Assembly (NCBI GenBank): GCA_027330985.1
Contig: DAHVZI010000002.1
Location: 75,162 to 139,161 of the forward strand
Direction: 5' to 3'
DNA length: 64,000 bases
From: Candidatus Uhrbacteria bacterium
Lineage (GTDB): Bacteria; Patescibacteriota; Patescibacteriia; 2-12-FULL-60-25
Below are positions 43,901 through 50,657 of this stretch, in pieces; the first letter of the stretch is position 1, and every line of letters begins with the position of its first letter. The notes under the pieces were generated by a model, which worked only from the letters and a program-made list of their open reading frames with translations, was not told the DNA's origin and did no database searches. The translations under genes and the position numbers were made by a program.

Positions 43901-45649
43901 AATCTGTGTAAGTTCATGGCTTCGGCAGGAGGATATTGCGGCGACGGGGTCAAGAACGGTCCGGAACAATGCGACGGCACTCAAGGCCTGACTGTAGGGA
44001 ATTCTCCGGTGACATGTTCGATGTTGGGCTATGATTACGGAGTGAACGCGAACAATAATGCGACTTGTGCTTCGGATTGCAATTACGGAGGTTGCAAACG
44101 CTGTTCCGACGAACCAGGCGATGGAGTGATAGAGGGAAGGGTGTATGATGCGGTTTTCCAGCAGGTCGTCCCGAACGCACGTGTCAGCCTGATGTATAAA
44201 GGTGCGAAGGTGGAGGAGGCTTTCACGGATCAGGACGGCAAATATAAGTTCGTCGACCTAAATAAAAATTCCGCCTGTACGAGCTACAGAATCGTCATCG
44301 ACATGTATCAGGATAACGTATGTACAGGCCAAGACCATGCCGGCTTCAATTGCTTCAGCGGCGGTGTCAGTCCATGGGTTTATCCGTACGATCTGAATGA
44401 AGGGGCGAATGGGGGATATTTCTCCTTCACGACTGACATCTTCAGCTTCAGTACCTATAAGAGCGTGTTGAACGGCGAAGATTTCGATGCGGTGCCCCAT
44501 ATCGACATATTCCCGCGTCCTGAAAGAGGCCGTGCATACATGGCTATGACATGGAAGCCGACCGGAGATACGATTGGTTATAAGGCTCATACGATATTGC
44601 CTGATGTAAGCGCCTATAAGGTCGTAGATTTTGATGGCGGAGATACGACAATGTCGTGCGATTACGCTACGCGTCCGACTGCTGACGGAAAGGCTTGTGC
44701 ACGAGATATAAACTGGCGTGCCTGGGGCTCGTGGCAGATCGATACCTTGCCGTATACCCGAATGATATGTTTAAGGCGTGTAGGTGAAAAGACATCTGGT
44801 TGGAGCTATAATGCAAAGGTGTGTTCCGGTAGTAGTTTGAGCTGTTCGACCGATGTGGATTGCCCTTCAAGTGAACATTGTATCGATAATGGAAGTCCTA
44901 ATCCCAACGGTTGCCCCTTCGAAGGTGTGGAATGGTGTCTTTCGAATGCAGGCAAGACACTGAGTAGTTGCGGCTGTACTGTCGTTGTAGAGAACGGCAA
45001 GAAGAAGACCGTGTGCACAAGCACCCAAACTGCGTGTAAGGACTGCGGCGCTGACACTAAACATAAGTGCAGCAACGATGCGAATTTGGCGGATTGCGCA
45101 AATCCGATCAGATATGGTCCAACAACGGTTCTGACCAACTATACGGCCCTGATGAACCAGAACGAGGATGTTAAGTTCTACTTCAGCGCCGGTCCAGGCG
45201 AGGCGGCATCATTCAAGTCAGCGATGTCGAATACTTCAAAGGGCTATAAGGCTTATACGGCCATAACTGATTTGTCTGGCGCATCGGAGCAGCAAGTGAT
45301 CGAAAAGCCGTCCGATTCAGGTTGGTTCTGGGAAATCGCTCACTTACAGCCGAAGCAGCAGAAGATCGTCAAGATAGATAAATTAGCCGGTAGCGACAAT
45401 GACATGGCTACGACAATGCAGAATACTCCGACGTCCAATAAACCGAGTTATCTTGATGGTTGGGGAGCTTGGTCGCTGTTCTTCCAGGGTGGCGGAAAAA
45501 ATTATTGCGTAAGCACGACCGATAACACGAAACTCCATCCGACCATCGGCCCATGCTATTGGGATACTCCGAAACAGACCTGCGCGCAGACGGCGGGTTA
45601 TCATTGCGCGGATGTGGATCCCACGACTTATTACAAATATAACTGGTGA
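34928..45649 (+). CDS. Giant (about 3573-3580 aa) cell-surface protein: N-terminal TrbC/VirB2-like pilin module, Gly-rich linker, IPT/TIG-like domains, two clusters of Myxococcus-type cysteine-rich repeats, CarboxypepD_reg-like domain
   Basis: Single uninterrupted 10.7-kb ORF (track 34907..45649 from a GTG). The ATG at 34928 gives a canonical signal peptide (MKVRNIFAIASIGLGLAAG). Recognisable motifs: LYGGFLYMTSAGDSAKVDKARKVITNAIIGLVIVLSAWAIT; IPT/TIG (KPVIKSVSPLNGKPGTFVSIAGTNFG and two more); CGNGx..GExCDDGN..GDGCSSDCL repeats; EGRVYDAVFQQVVPNARVSLMYKG. Confidence 0.8.
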   Translation: MKVRNIFAIASIGLGLAAGTMFLSAHAVQAQVDTGLQQVGQTVKLSGTDPRTIAANIINIALGLVGIVLVGLILYGGFLYMTSAGDSAKVDKARKVITNAIIGLVIVLSAWAITRYVIDKLLQATQEGGGVGGGTSSGYVGGFGSGTGGSSFRIVSITPQGSQPGKPRNTVVKILLTKAVDEATASAVTVVKDGGTTVGGTVAVQGTLVTFTPVQACPSPNETRKCFDADSAFTIKVGTSLKSAQGQPIACGGFAPACEAHFTTGNLVDVSGPNVSLTFPTDGMSIQQNYYSDVLAHATDDSGVAIVQFLDGADEIGSDGPSSADTPLSFDAKIFWDTAGAALGVHTLTAKALDLDTNTTQSQSVSVVVRPEHCFNGKQDQDETGIDCGGDPNSTDFCGACSGGSCTNNSQCASGFCQGGVCIEKPVIKSVSPLNGKPGTFVSIAGTNFGTNPGTVVFLGDPNNPADDKIAVAPQACVNAGSQTWSNTQAIVSLPDGAASGPIEIKNASSSLTDRTDQDPGPAVADFVVDNTEHPGLCALDPVSDSVGKNVKAIGQGFGNSQGKIIFGSLDQQLAGSPWSDANVTFKVPVVNNGPYQVWVQTGAGTSNPAQFVVTEKSLEAAPELDSLDPTQGPLQQYVTLYGRNFGYNVGTVIFSAQDGTEAIGDTSFPAACSAGFWLDDTIVVKVPSVFKNNQGLIDGTYQVRVRRSDNKESASLPFNVNKSLPLKPGICAISPAVGPVGTDVKIYGERFGFDKPLVAFSTSKQALVQSNTNQEVQTSVPNNSITGPVTVTSNAVISNGFNFQVRNCNEAPEICGPVDKFQCCQTGECRPAGQSCEVAPTESEYAWQLSTGLIPLAPYVIEECRPDITPAPTPSPSPWSGRAGGDQAPIDAAITMRFSQQLEASTVTKQAFHVFACKGTSADPCDTKEAIQDFTMHLTHENNQQDLVTLNPSAKFATNTTYLVTISTDIKGAGETGANMIENKACGKGQNNETYGYCFRFKTRASEEPSQVGSVGVVPSSYTFKETGVYIGYEAVPTDAQDKCIVLDCQQFNWNWHAGDTRGSITNMTGGQFNYGLCNQQGTGNFETGNVPVDILSDLAGTSLTGQGEMFVNFVPPRVEEYAPKCDEACSNALIWARFSAKLDAASALTPNNIKLQKCYNENCFESELGQPIAITMNLKDDTTIEISHAPLEAGGFYRLFLRGGPNAINPATLENNGIQGLNGVPMTGTNHPEGFFWKFRVLQGTAAFCKAERVDLKPLEKYETNVDARQLFEATPYSPPDKCSSDGQQLVNQGDTQWASGDITVADFYRQAQSLIKSDKTKLPAGCSSKCLAMGAGGLFGKVAMCGNGIIETTDVNYCIGGKTPRGSACKLMPAGAKAGEECEPTIDGLDKCDVATCLFRSVAAVNQGGTCGDGTVQAAAGEACDYGPTCVGGSTATSSTPVPEYASCPDATTKQACENAGGVCAMHDYRGCSANCRHTGAKSGKTTCGNGDFHGDGKDCDDGNVANGDGCSSDCLHEPSQPSTVLAAVCGNGILEKGETCEATMVNGSPVFAPGCDSSSCLHTGTLSCMPGQNLSCCGNAVLDPGEDCDDGNTASKDGCSSSCLLEGSSAYYSAVPSGIAPSFCGNGYLEKGEQCEVGASSDSIAKLVYAGLPKDAALAWSPVLNKSFGSIQSGIDPIQLAKIIGEKEPDPATGRSSSELSAVMLEQTGKATYGLQCGYNDEANCTPDDLSNPRGLDDFGCCRLRPIVAKAYPPPPPFEACRNVQIQIEFNQAMDTVSVTNNFEISEGPDAANKCPDGTQEVVLNTDNQPGFWNFLKRIWRSIVAWIFKQPAIAEKWCVGKVTGQLTAADQQSQATKFIYTLDHALDAGKLYRIRLKGDDDLTDNADKNARHGIKTAAGVVHDGDITWNFKTGNQICALNTVTIYDVTQDPPDEKHPFLYVNKGNKSEERHFEAEAQSLQNGTAIPLSTTAEYQWDWHVWTTSDPDLVNYSPNYPIQPPTYKGHFVSVVEGSAQKNGHAILTAGIKVVHDEVNVPSSTGSVIQGVAHVAVLACENPWPSLQTSPFSDTKTWLNDRWADLPDSRPNIFIGNDPYIGKPVFYNFSTMYCRDAGVEHDQTDDLPELVINQVPRTAVDKANGILRQYLLTFKDDALKKDGIGIRVAENPQHLSALEWYYSKGFAGKPKVLSVDGYPAVQDGNTLYVDAANQPETNESIYSNIYVFSLNPDAQQVTQDIFKQLVQYLAFNVNIVGQSNTCHIATGANQYTNTDIYTDSQGVPKRCTADWECAPLDSSSNLFCDSNKAKMARDTQRMADFQVINKRLLETRDAQGRYLQLQTGTYLKGLTTSLWPSWTDEFGKALGTMPVDPIDRFLTCGECTDGSVCQTDKDCGENGKCMGKRFENGEWVDAPDLDPQTCWNSKAFTYTCPAYKTGNPFSVSRLYQYRSLAGGTQYELASEFEVQPMTLNQKDWWYPALPSTMYQCVNPGAVGRYCNDGNGNPSDALCRICANPASCKQCKTSGADCTTNAAVCAAPDTCVDVASIPASCRPFGGTFKYAGVCTNQAYAENGTCGDKVLNNNELCELGDTKSETCTVNGKPGHRQLTCNACTKFDVDPQRPQCVEDSVCGNGRIDKVCAGSTVSCLSNADCAGGVLCINNEACDDGVDNGKYGHCNATCQGYAGFCGDGQLSPGEVCDKGVNNGQWSNAYNAATCATNCKGVGPYCGDEEINGSEECDGGAQTTQAAFCINANPPTLCDTNADCPQGKLCAGKAVARLDAKSSRTLAFVRGKLGEAWLNYVLVPAVQAAPPPPQQQNSSNINSVVYTKLNIWTTNTIKPGKLSGGLQFIPAIPGGGGGGQQTTQYVDVNGNKINVTAFNSCEGVYVVDSNGIKRETQHVRNCNAPGATNSCKWSDWTGCVPVGICGDGIKDLNEACDNGANNGDTKACTSQCKVNTCGDGLLNVGVEECDSGAQNGQVTCNADYDSSCLSCSNLCKFMASAGGYCGDGVKNGPEQCDGTQGLTVGNSPVTCSMLGYDYGVNANNNATCASDCNYGGCKRCSDEPGDGVIEGRVYDAVFQQVVPNARVSLMYKGAKVEEAFTDQDGKYKFVDLNKNSACTSYRIVIDMYQDNVCTGQDHAGFNCFSGGVSPWVYPYDLNEGANGGYFSFTTDIFSFSTYKSVLNGEDFDAVPHIDIFPRPERGRAYMAMTWKPTGDTIGYKAHTILPDVSAYKVVDFDGGDTTMSCDYATRPTADGKACARDINWRAWGSWQIDTLPYTRMICLRRVGEKTSGWSYNAKVCSGSSLSCSTDVDCPSSEHCIDNGSPNPNGCPFEGVEWCLSNAGKTLSSCGCTVVVENGKKKTVCTSTQTACKDCGADTKHKCSNDANLADCANPIRYGPTTVLTNYTALMNQNEDVKFYFSAGPGEAASFKSAMSNTSKGYKAYTAITDLSGASEQQVIEKPSDSGWFWEIAHLQPKQQKIVKIDKLAGSDNDMATTMQNTPTSNKPSYLDGWGAWSLFFQGGGKNYCVSTTDNTKLHPTIGPCYWDTPKQTCAQTAGYHCADVDPTTYYKYNW

Positions 45650-45951
45650 TTATGGAGAAGAAAGCGCTGATGTTCTATGTCGCGGTAACTTTGGTCGGTT
45701 TGGGGATCATGGCTGGTTTGGTGCTGTACTTGAGGAGCCGTAATGCACCTACCGTAATACCGGTAGCAATACATAGCACGACATCGACTGCGGCAGTACA
45801 AAATCTTACGGGCAATCAGACCAACCCAAAAGTGAGATATGCAGTGCCGTTGGATAAAATCCCTAAGGCTCAACCATATAAACCAGGGGACCCCATAAAC
45901 GAACAATTACCCACACTAACAATTTCGCCAGACGGTCAATTAGATCAATAA
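45646..45951 (+). CDS. Small membrane protein (single TM)
   Basis: 101-aa ORF. Its ATG overlaps the stop of the giant gene (ATGA). TM segment LMFYVAVTLVGLGIMAGLVLYL. Confidence 0.4.
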   Translation: MIMEKKALMFYVAVTLVGLGIMAGLVLYLRSRNAPTVIPVAIHSTTSTAAVQNLTGNQTNPKVRYAVPLDKIPKAQPYKPGDPINEQLPTLTISPDGQLDQ

Positions 45952-45956
45952 TCACT

Positions 45957-47015
45957 ATGTTCGACAACGTACCCCCGAATCTGCCGGTAGAACCGGCCAA
46001 CCAGACACCGCCACCTCCGCCACCTACACCCTCCGGCAATCAACCAAAACCGATTGTCGTCGGGCAACCCAAGAAAGAACCCGAAGATATCTTTTCGGAT
46101 ATCAATGTGGGCGGTGACGACATGCAGACCGCACCATCGAGTCAGGATATCTACAGCGCACCGAAGAAGTCGGCTTTGCCTTTGGTCGCCGTGATAGTCG
46201 TTGCGATCATCGTGCTAGGGGGAATAGTTTTTGCGGCATGGTATTTCCTGTTGCGGCAGGAGAGCGTCCCGGCTCCTACCTCAAATACGACGCAGACTAC
46301 ACAGCCCGCGCCCGTACAGCAGCAGCCGGAGATCGTCGAACAGCCTCCTGTGACGGCGAATGAGGTGACGACCGTGCCCCCGGCAGGTACGAATATCCCA
46401 TTGCCGGAACAGACGGAGCAACCTACGACCACCGAAAACATGCCCGCCGAAGCGTCGACGGAACCGGCTGTGCCACCTCCGCCAGCAGCGGTGATTACGG
46501 AAGGTGTAGATTCCGATAGCGATGGGCTGACTGATGTGGAGGAGGCGTTACTTGGGACAAACCCGCAACTTGCCGATACCGATGGTGACGGATACAGCGA
46601 CGGCAGCGAAGTGATGAACCTATATAGTCCTTTGGCGGCGAATCAGCCTTTATCCGCAGACCCAAGCTTCAGTCCAGCGACTTGGGAAGCGAAGTCGCCG
46701 CTTAACAGCTATACGTGGACGTTTTTGCGGCCTAAGGCATGGCTCCTTAACGGAGAGTCGGTGATGCAGGCTATACTTTCGACCGACACGTCTGCACGAT
46801 TCGTCTTCAGCCTAGCGACGAAAGCGGATATTCCGCCTGGTGCCACTTTCAAGACGAAATCCGGTTTGGATGCCGTACGGACAGAAGATCGTCTGACCAC
46901 GTATGTCTATTCGGGTGACGCTGTCATAGCTGTGACCTATGATCCGAATGGAGCGGCGACTTATGAGTACAGAACGTTATACGACGAACTGGTGAACTCG
47001 CTGCATCTGCAATGA
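45957..47015 (+). CDS. Membrane-anchored surface protein with Pro-rich linker and thrombospondin-type-3-like Ca-binding motif (paralogue of next gene)
   Basis: 352 aa. TM ALPLVAVIVVAIIVLGGIVFAAWYFLL, followed by DSDSDGLTDVEEALLGTNPQLADTDGDGYSDGSEVMNLYSP. The C-terminal domain ends ..YEYRTLYDELVNSLHLQ. Confidence 0.5.
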   Translation: MFDNVPPNLPVEPANQTPPPPPPTPSGNQPKPIVVGQPKKEPEDIFSDINVGGDDMQTAPSSQDIYSAPKKSALPLVAVIVVAIIVLGGIVFAAWYFLLRQESVPAPTSNTTQTTQPAPVQQQPEIVEQPPVTANEVTTVPPAGTNIPLPEQTEQPTTTENMPAEASTEPAVPPPPAAVITEGVDSDSDGLTDVEEALLGTNPQLADTDGDGYSDGSEVMNLYSPLAANQPLSADPSFSPATWEAKSPLNSYTWTFLRPKAWLLNGESVMQAILSTDTSARFVFSLATKADIPPGATFKTKSGLDAVRTEDRLTTYVYSGDAVIAVTYDPNGAATYEYRTLYDELVNSLHLQ

Positions 47016-47100
47016 GTGCCTAGGTGAGACCGATCGGAGCACGGACGTATATAGAAAAAATTAGTGCGGCAAGGTAAAATCATGATGACCACATCCTTTT

Positions 47101-48456
47101 ATGCCTGAAGAACAGATGAAACAAAACACGGCTGCAGCTGCAGAACCGGAAATAGTAGTCATACCGGAGAAGTACTACGGTGCTGCTTTGCGAGCTAAGG
47201 CTCCTGAGATGGCGCCTATGCCTCAGCAGACATTGGAGAAACCCAAGAAGAGCCATGTTTTGCCTATCGTGATCGTTGTCGTCGTCCTGTTGATAGGTGC
47301 CGCCGCCGCTTTCGTCTATCTCAATCAGGAGTTGTTTTTCCCCAAGCCAGCGCCTACGCCGCAACCCGTCGTCGAGACGCCGGTCGAACCGACACCTGTG
47401 CCGCCTCCCGCCGCTCCGCTCAACCTAGCGGCTACATCGACTAATCCGCAGAGCGTCGCGATATCCTGGACCGATAATTCGGATAACGAATCAGGTTTCC
47501 GTCTGGAGCGCGCTGAAGGCACTGGCCCATTCTTCGCTTTGACCAATCTTCCGCCGAACAGCAGTTCTTTCCTGGATGTTTCGGTCAAAGCAGACACGAC
47601 ATATCGTTATCGTGTATTCGCCTCTAACCAGTCTGGAGATTCCGCTCCATCAAACGAGTCCACGGCGCAAGTCCCACCATTACCGCCGGCGCCACCTGAA
47701 CAGCAGAAGCTCCCACCGGCAGGTCTGGACAGCGACTCTGACGGTCTGACTGATCTGGAGGAGGACCTATTCAAGACGAACAAGAACAACCCAGACACCG
47801 ACGGAGACGGATTCTTGGACGGCAATGAGGTATTCCATCTGTACAACCCGAATGGTCAGGCGCCAGCCCGTCTGATAGACGCCGGTCTGGTCAAGGAGGT
47901 CAAGGGAAGCGTGGGTTGGACGATGCAGATCCCGAGCGTCTGGAGCATAAAATTAGATAAGACTGACGGCACTGCTGCTACGATCGATAGCGGGCATGGC
48001 GAGACCTTCATCCTCACCATACAGGATAATCCGAACAGGTTACCGATAATCGATTGGTATCTCGAGAAGAATCCTGATGTGCAACGCAGCGAAATATTGG
48101 TCTACAGGTCCAAGCAGGGTTATGACGGAATCATCGGTAAAGACCTATTGACTACGTACATACCCTGGGAAGATAAAGTCTTCGTATTCAAGTACGATAT
48201 CGACGGCCAGCAGTACATAAACTATCGGACGACATATTCGATGATGTTGAATTCCCTCATCCTGCAGGGTATGCCGCAGGTTTCTCCGCCGGTAGCAGGG
48301 ACACCGTTGCCTTTCGAACCAGCCGCTACGACCACAGGGGTCGTAAACCAGCCACAAGCCGTCGATGTATTCCCTTCGCCCGGAGAACAGACGCCCGTTG
48401 AGGGAACAGAGGGCCTGACGGCTACCACTACAGAGACGGTAAATCCAGCGCCATGA
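47101..48456 (+). CDS. Membrane-anchored surface protein with fibronectin-type-III domain and thrombospondin-type-3-like Ca-binding motif (paralogue of previous gene)
   Basis: 451 aa. TM VLPIVIVVVVLLIGAAAAFVYL, then an FN3-like region (LNLAATSTNPQSVAISWTD...YRYRVFASN), then LDSDSDGLTDLEEDLFKTNKNNPDTDGDGFLDGNEVFHLYNP. The C-terminus ends ..YRTTYSMMLNSLILQ. Confidence 0.55.
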   Translation: MPEEQMKQNTAAAAEPEIVVIPEKYYGAALRAKAPEMAPMPQQTLEKPKKSHVLPIVIVVVVLLIGAAAAFVYLNQELFFPKPAPTPQPVVETPVEPTPVPPPAAPLNLAATSTNPQSVAISWTDNSDNESGFRLERAEGTGPFFALTNLPPNSSSFLDVSVKADTTYRYRVFASNQSGDSAPSNESTAQVPPLPPAPPEQQKLPPAGLDSDSDGLTDLEEDLFKTNKNNPDTDGDGFLDGNEVFHLYNPNGQAPARLIDAGLVKEVKGSVGWTMQIPSVWSIKLDKTDGTAATIDSGHGETFILTIQDNPNRLPIIDWYLEKNPDVQRSEILVYRSKQGYDGIIGKDLLTTYIPWEDKVFVFKYDIDGQQYINYRTTYSMMLNSLILQGMPQVSPPVAGTPLPFEPAATTTGVVNQPQAVDVFPSPGEQTPVEGTEGLTATTTETVNPAP

Positions 48457-48899
48457 TTGAGATAGATTTGATCGAAGACGCCAAGTCAGGGCTCCCAAAG
48501 AAACAGCTTTTGGGGGCAGTGAGGAGCGTTTTGGATAAGAAGGACGCGAAGCAGGACCTTTATCTGAGTATCGTGTTCATCACGGCCGCTAAGATGAAGA
48601 GATTGAACAAAAAATATCGTCATAAAGATAAAGCCACTGATGTATTATCCTTTCCGGCGGATGTGACGCTTCCGGACGGAACGGAGGTCAGGTCTTTAGG
48701 TGATATCTTCATCTGTCCTAGTTATGTGGCAGATGCGGCGCGTGAGATCGGCGTCGATTTCGATGAACAGGTGTTGCGCGTATTGGTACATGGCATATTG
48801 CATCTTTTGGGCTATGATCACGAGAAAAAAGATGATGAAGGCAAGATGCTGCGCCTACAGGAACGTATGCTTAAGCGGTATATGAAGGCTTCTTTATGA
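48453..48899 (+). CDS. ybeY: Endoribonuclease YbeY (rRNA maturation)
   Basis: Metal-binding HGILHLLGYDH motif. 4-nt ATGA overlap with the upstream gene. Confidence 0.9.
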   Translation: MIEIDLIEDAKSGLPKKQLLGAVRSVLDKKDAKQDLYLSIVFITAAKMKRLNKKYRHKDKATDVLSFPADVTLPDGTEVRSLGDIFICPSYVADAAREIGVDFDEQVLRVLVHGILHLLGYDHEKKDDEGKMLRLQERMLKRYMKASL

Positions 48900-49270
48900 G
48901 TTTCATCCGTGGTTTAGGCGATAGTTTTTCACATGCCTGGAGAGGCCTGCGTTTGGCGTTCGTCAGCGAGAGGAGCTTTCGTATCCAGATCGTAGCAGCC
49001 ACGGCCGTGTTGTTCGTAATTTTAGTCTTGCCGCTGAAGGAGCATGAGCGTCTGATACTGATACTGGCCGCAGGGGCGGTTCTTGTGCTAGAATTACTGA
49101 ACAGCGCAGTCGAAAGGTTGGTGGATTTGTCGAAACCGAGGTTGCATGCGTTCGCGAAGGATATCAAAGACATCATGGCTGCTGCGGTTTTAGTTGCTTC
49201 GGTATTTTCTTTAGTCATAGGGATAATCGTCTTATGGCCGTATATCGGTGAACTTTTCCGTCTTTTATGA
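48896..49270 (+). CDS. dgkA: Diacylglycerol kinase
   Basis: 124 aa, three TM helices. Conserved E..NSAVE motif (LELLNSAVERLVD). Confidence 0.8.
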   Translation: MSFIRGLGDSFSHAWRGLRLAFVSERSFRIQIVAATAVLFVILVLPLKEHERLILILAAGAVLVLELLNSAVERLVDLSKPRLHAFAKDIKDIMAAAVLVASVFSLVIGIIVLWPYIGELFRLL

Positions 49271-50544
49271 AAGAACGCCTCATCATTGGTCTTGACCTAG
49301 GTTCATCGCGGATCCGTATCGCGGTGGGTCAACTTAATGTAGGTGCGGATAAGCAGGTTAAACTGAATCTGATAGGTGCGACGGAAGTGTCCTCGCAGGG
49401 TATAGCAAAGGGCAATATCACCGCGCTGGAAGACGCGGTAAGCGCGATTTCTTCCTGTTTGGAGCAGGCGGAGCGCATGATAGGCATGCCGTTGCCGGAA
49501 GCCACCGTGGGTTTGGGAGGGACTACTATATCGTCGCAAGATGCCAAGGGCGTCATAGGTGTTTCGAGGACGGATGGCGATATCAGGGCCGAAGATGTCG
49601 CGCGCGTAGTCGAGGCAGCTAAAGCTTTGGTGAACCCGGCGAACCAAGATATCTTGCATATCCTGCCGCGGAGTTTCACGGTCGATGGGCAGATCGGCAT
49701 CAAGGATCCGATCGGCATGCAGGGCATCCGTCTCGAAGTCGATGCCGTCATCGTCCAAGGGCTATCTTCGCAAGTCAGGAACATCACAAAAGCCGTTTTC
49801 CGTACGGGTCTGGACATCTCTTATCTCGTATATTCTCCGTTAGCTACGGCTGAAGCCATCTGTACGTCGCGACAAAAGGAGCTGGGAGTATGCGTGCTGA
49901 ATATCGGTGCAGCGACCACGGGCGTCGCGGTATATGAGAACGGCGAGCTGTTGAAGGCCGTGACCATACCTTTAGGTGCCGATCACATCACCTCCGATAT
50001 CGCCATCGGCTTGAAGATAGCTTTGGAAGCAGCCGAGAACATCAAGGTGATGCACGGCACGGCCAACCCCGAAACATTACCCAAACGCGGTGCGGATATC
50101 GACCTGATAGATTACGGTTCAGGACAAAGCGAAATAGTTCCGTTACGCTATGTATCCGAGATCATCGAGGCCCGCGTCGAAGAGATTTTCGAGCGTGTCG
50201 ACGCTGAGCTCAAGAAGATCGATAGGCAGGGGATGCTTCCGGCAGGCATAATCATGACCGGAGGCGGAGCGAAACTGCCCGGCATGGTCGAAGTAGGGAA
50301 GCGTGTATTGAAGTTGCCCTGCGCCTACGGCGTGACGCAGAACGTATCAAGCTCGATGCCCGAATTGGTCGAGGACCCTGCATACAGTACGGCCGTCGGA
50401 TTGGTCATGTGGACGTTCGAGAACGAAAGGCGCGAGCAAGATGGTGTTTTGACGGCTATCGGTGGATTGGGGAGTAAGGGTTCGCAGTTGTTGAGTAAAA
50501 TAGGCAGCCCGATAAAAAAGATCTTCAAATCATTCATGCCCTAA
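49267..50544 (+). CDS. ftsA: Cell division protein FtsA
   Basis: Actin-fold ATPase motifs (IIGLDLGSSRIRIAVG, LNIGAATTGVAVY, MTGGGAKLPGM). Confidence 0.9.
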   Translation: MKERLIIGLDLGSSRIRIAVGQLNVGADKQVKLNLIGATEVSSQGIAKGNITALEDAVSAISSCLEQAERMIGMPLPEATVGLGGTTISSQDAKGVIGVSRTDGDIRAEDVARVVEAAKALVNPANQDILHILPRSFTVDGQIGIKDPIGMQGIRLEVDAVIVQGLSSQVRNITKAVFRTGLDISYLVYSPLATAEAICTSRQKELGVCVLNIGAATTGVAVYENGELLKAVTIPLGADHITSDIAIGLKIALEAAENIKVMHGTANPETLPKRGADIDLIDYGSGQSEIVPLRYVSEIIEARVEEIFERVDAELKKIDRQGMLPAGIIMTGGGAKLPGMVEVGKRVLKLPCAYGVTQNVSSSMPELVEDPAYSTAVGLVMWTFENERREQDGVLTAIGGLGSKGSQLLSKIGSPIKKIFKSFMP

Positions 50545-50657
50545 AGTCAGTGGCAAAAGAGACGCTCAATCAAGCGTTTTTTATTTGGCTTGACGGTGGC
50601 AGATGGCTTCTGTATGCTTTCTAAGAAGATTCAAATTTTGGCTCAATAGAGCCACTT

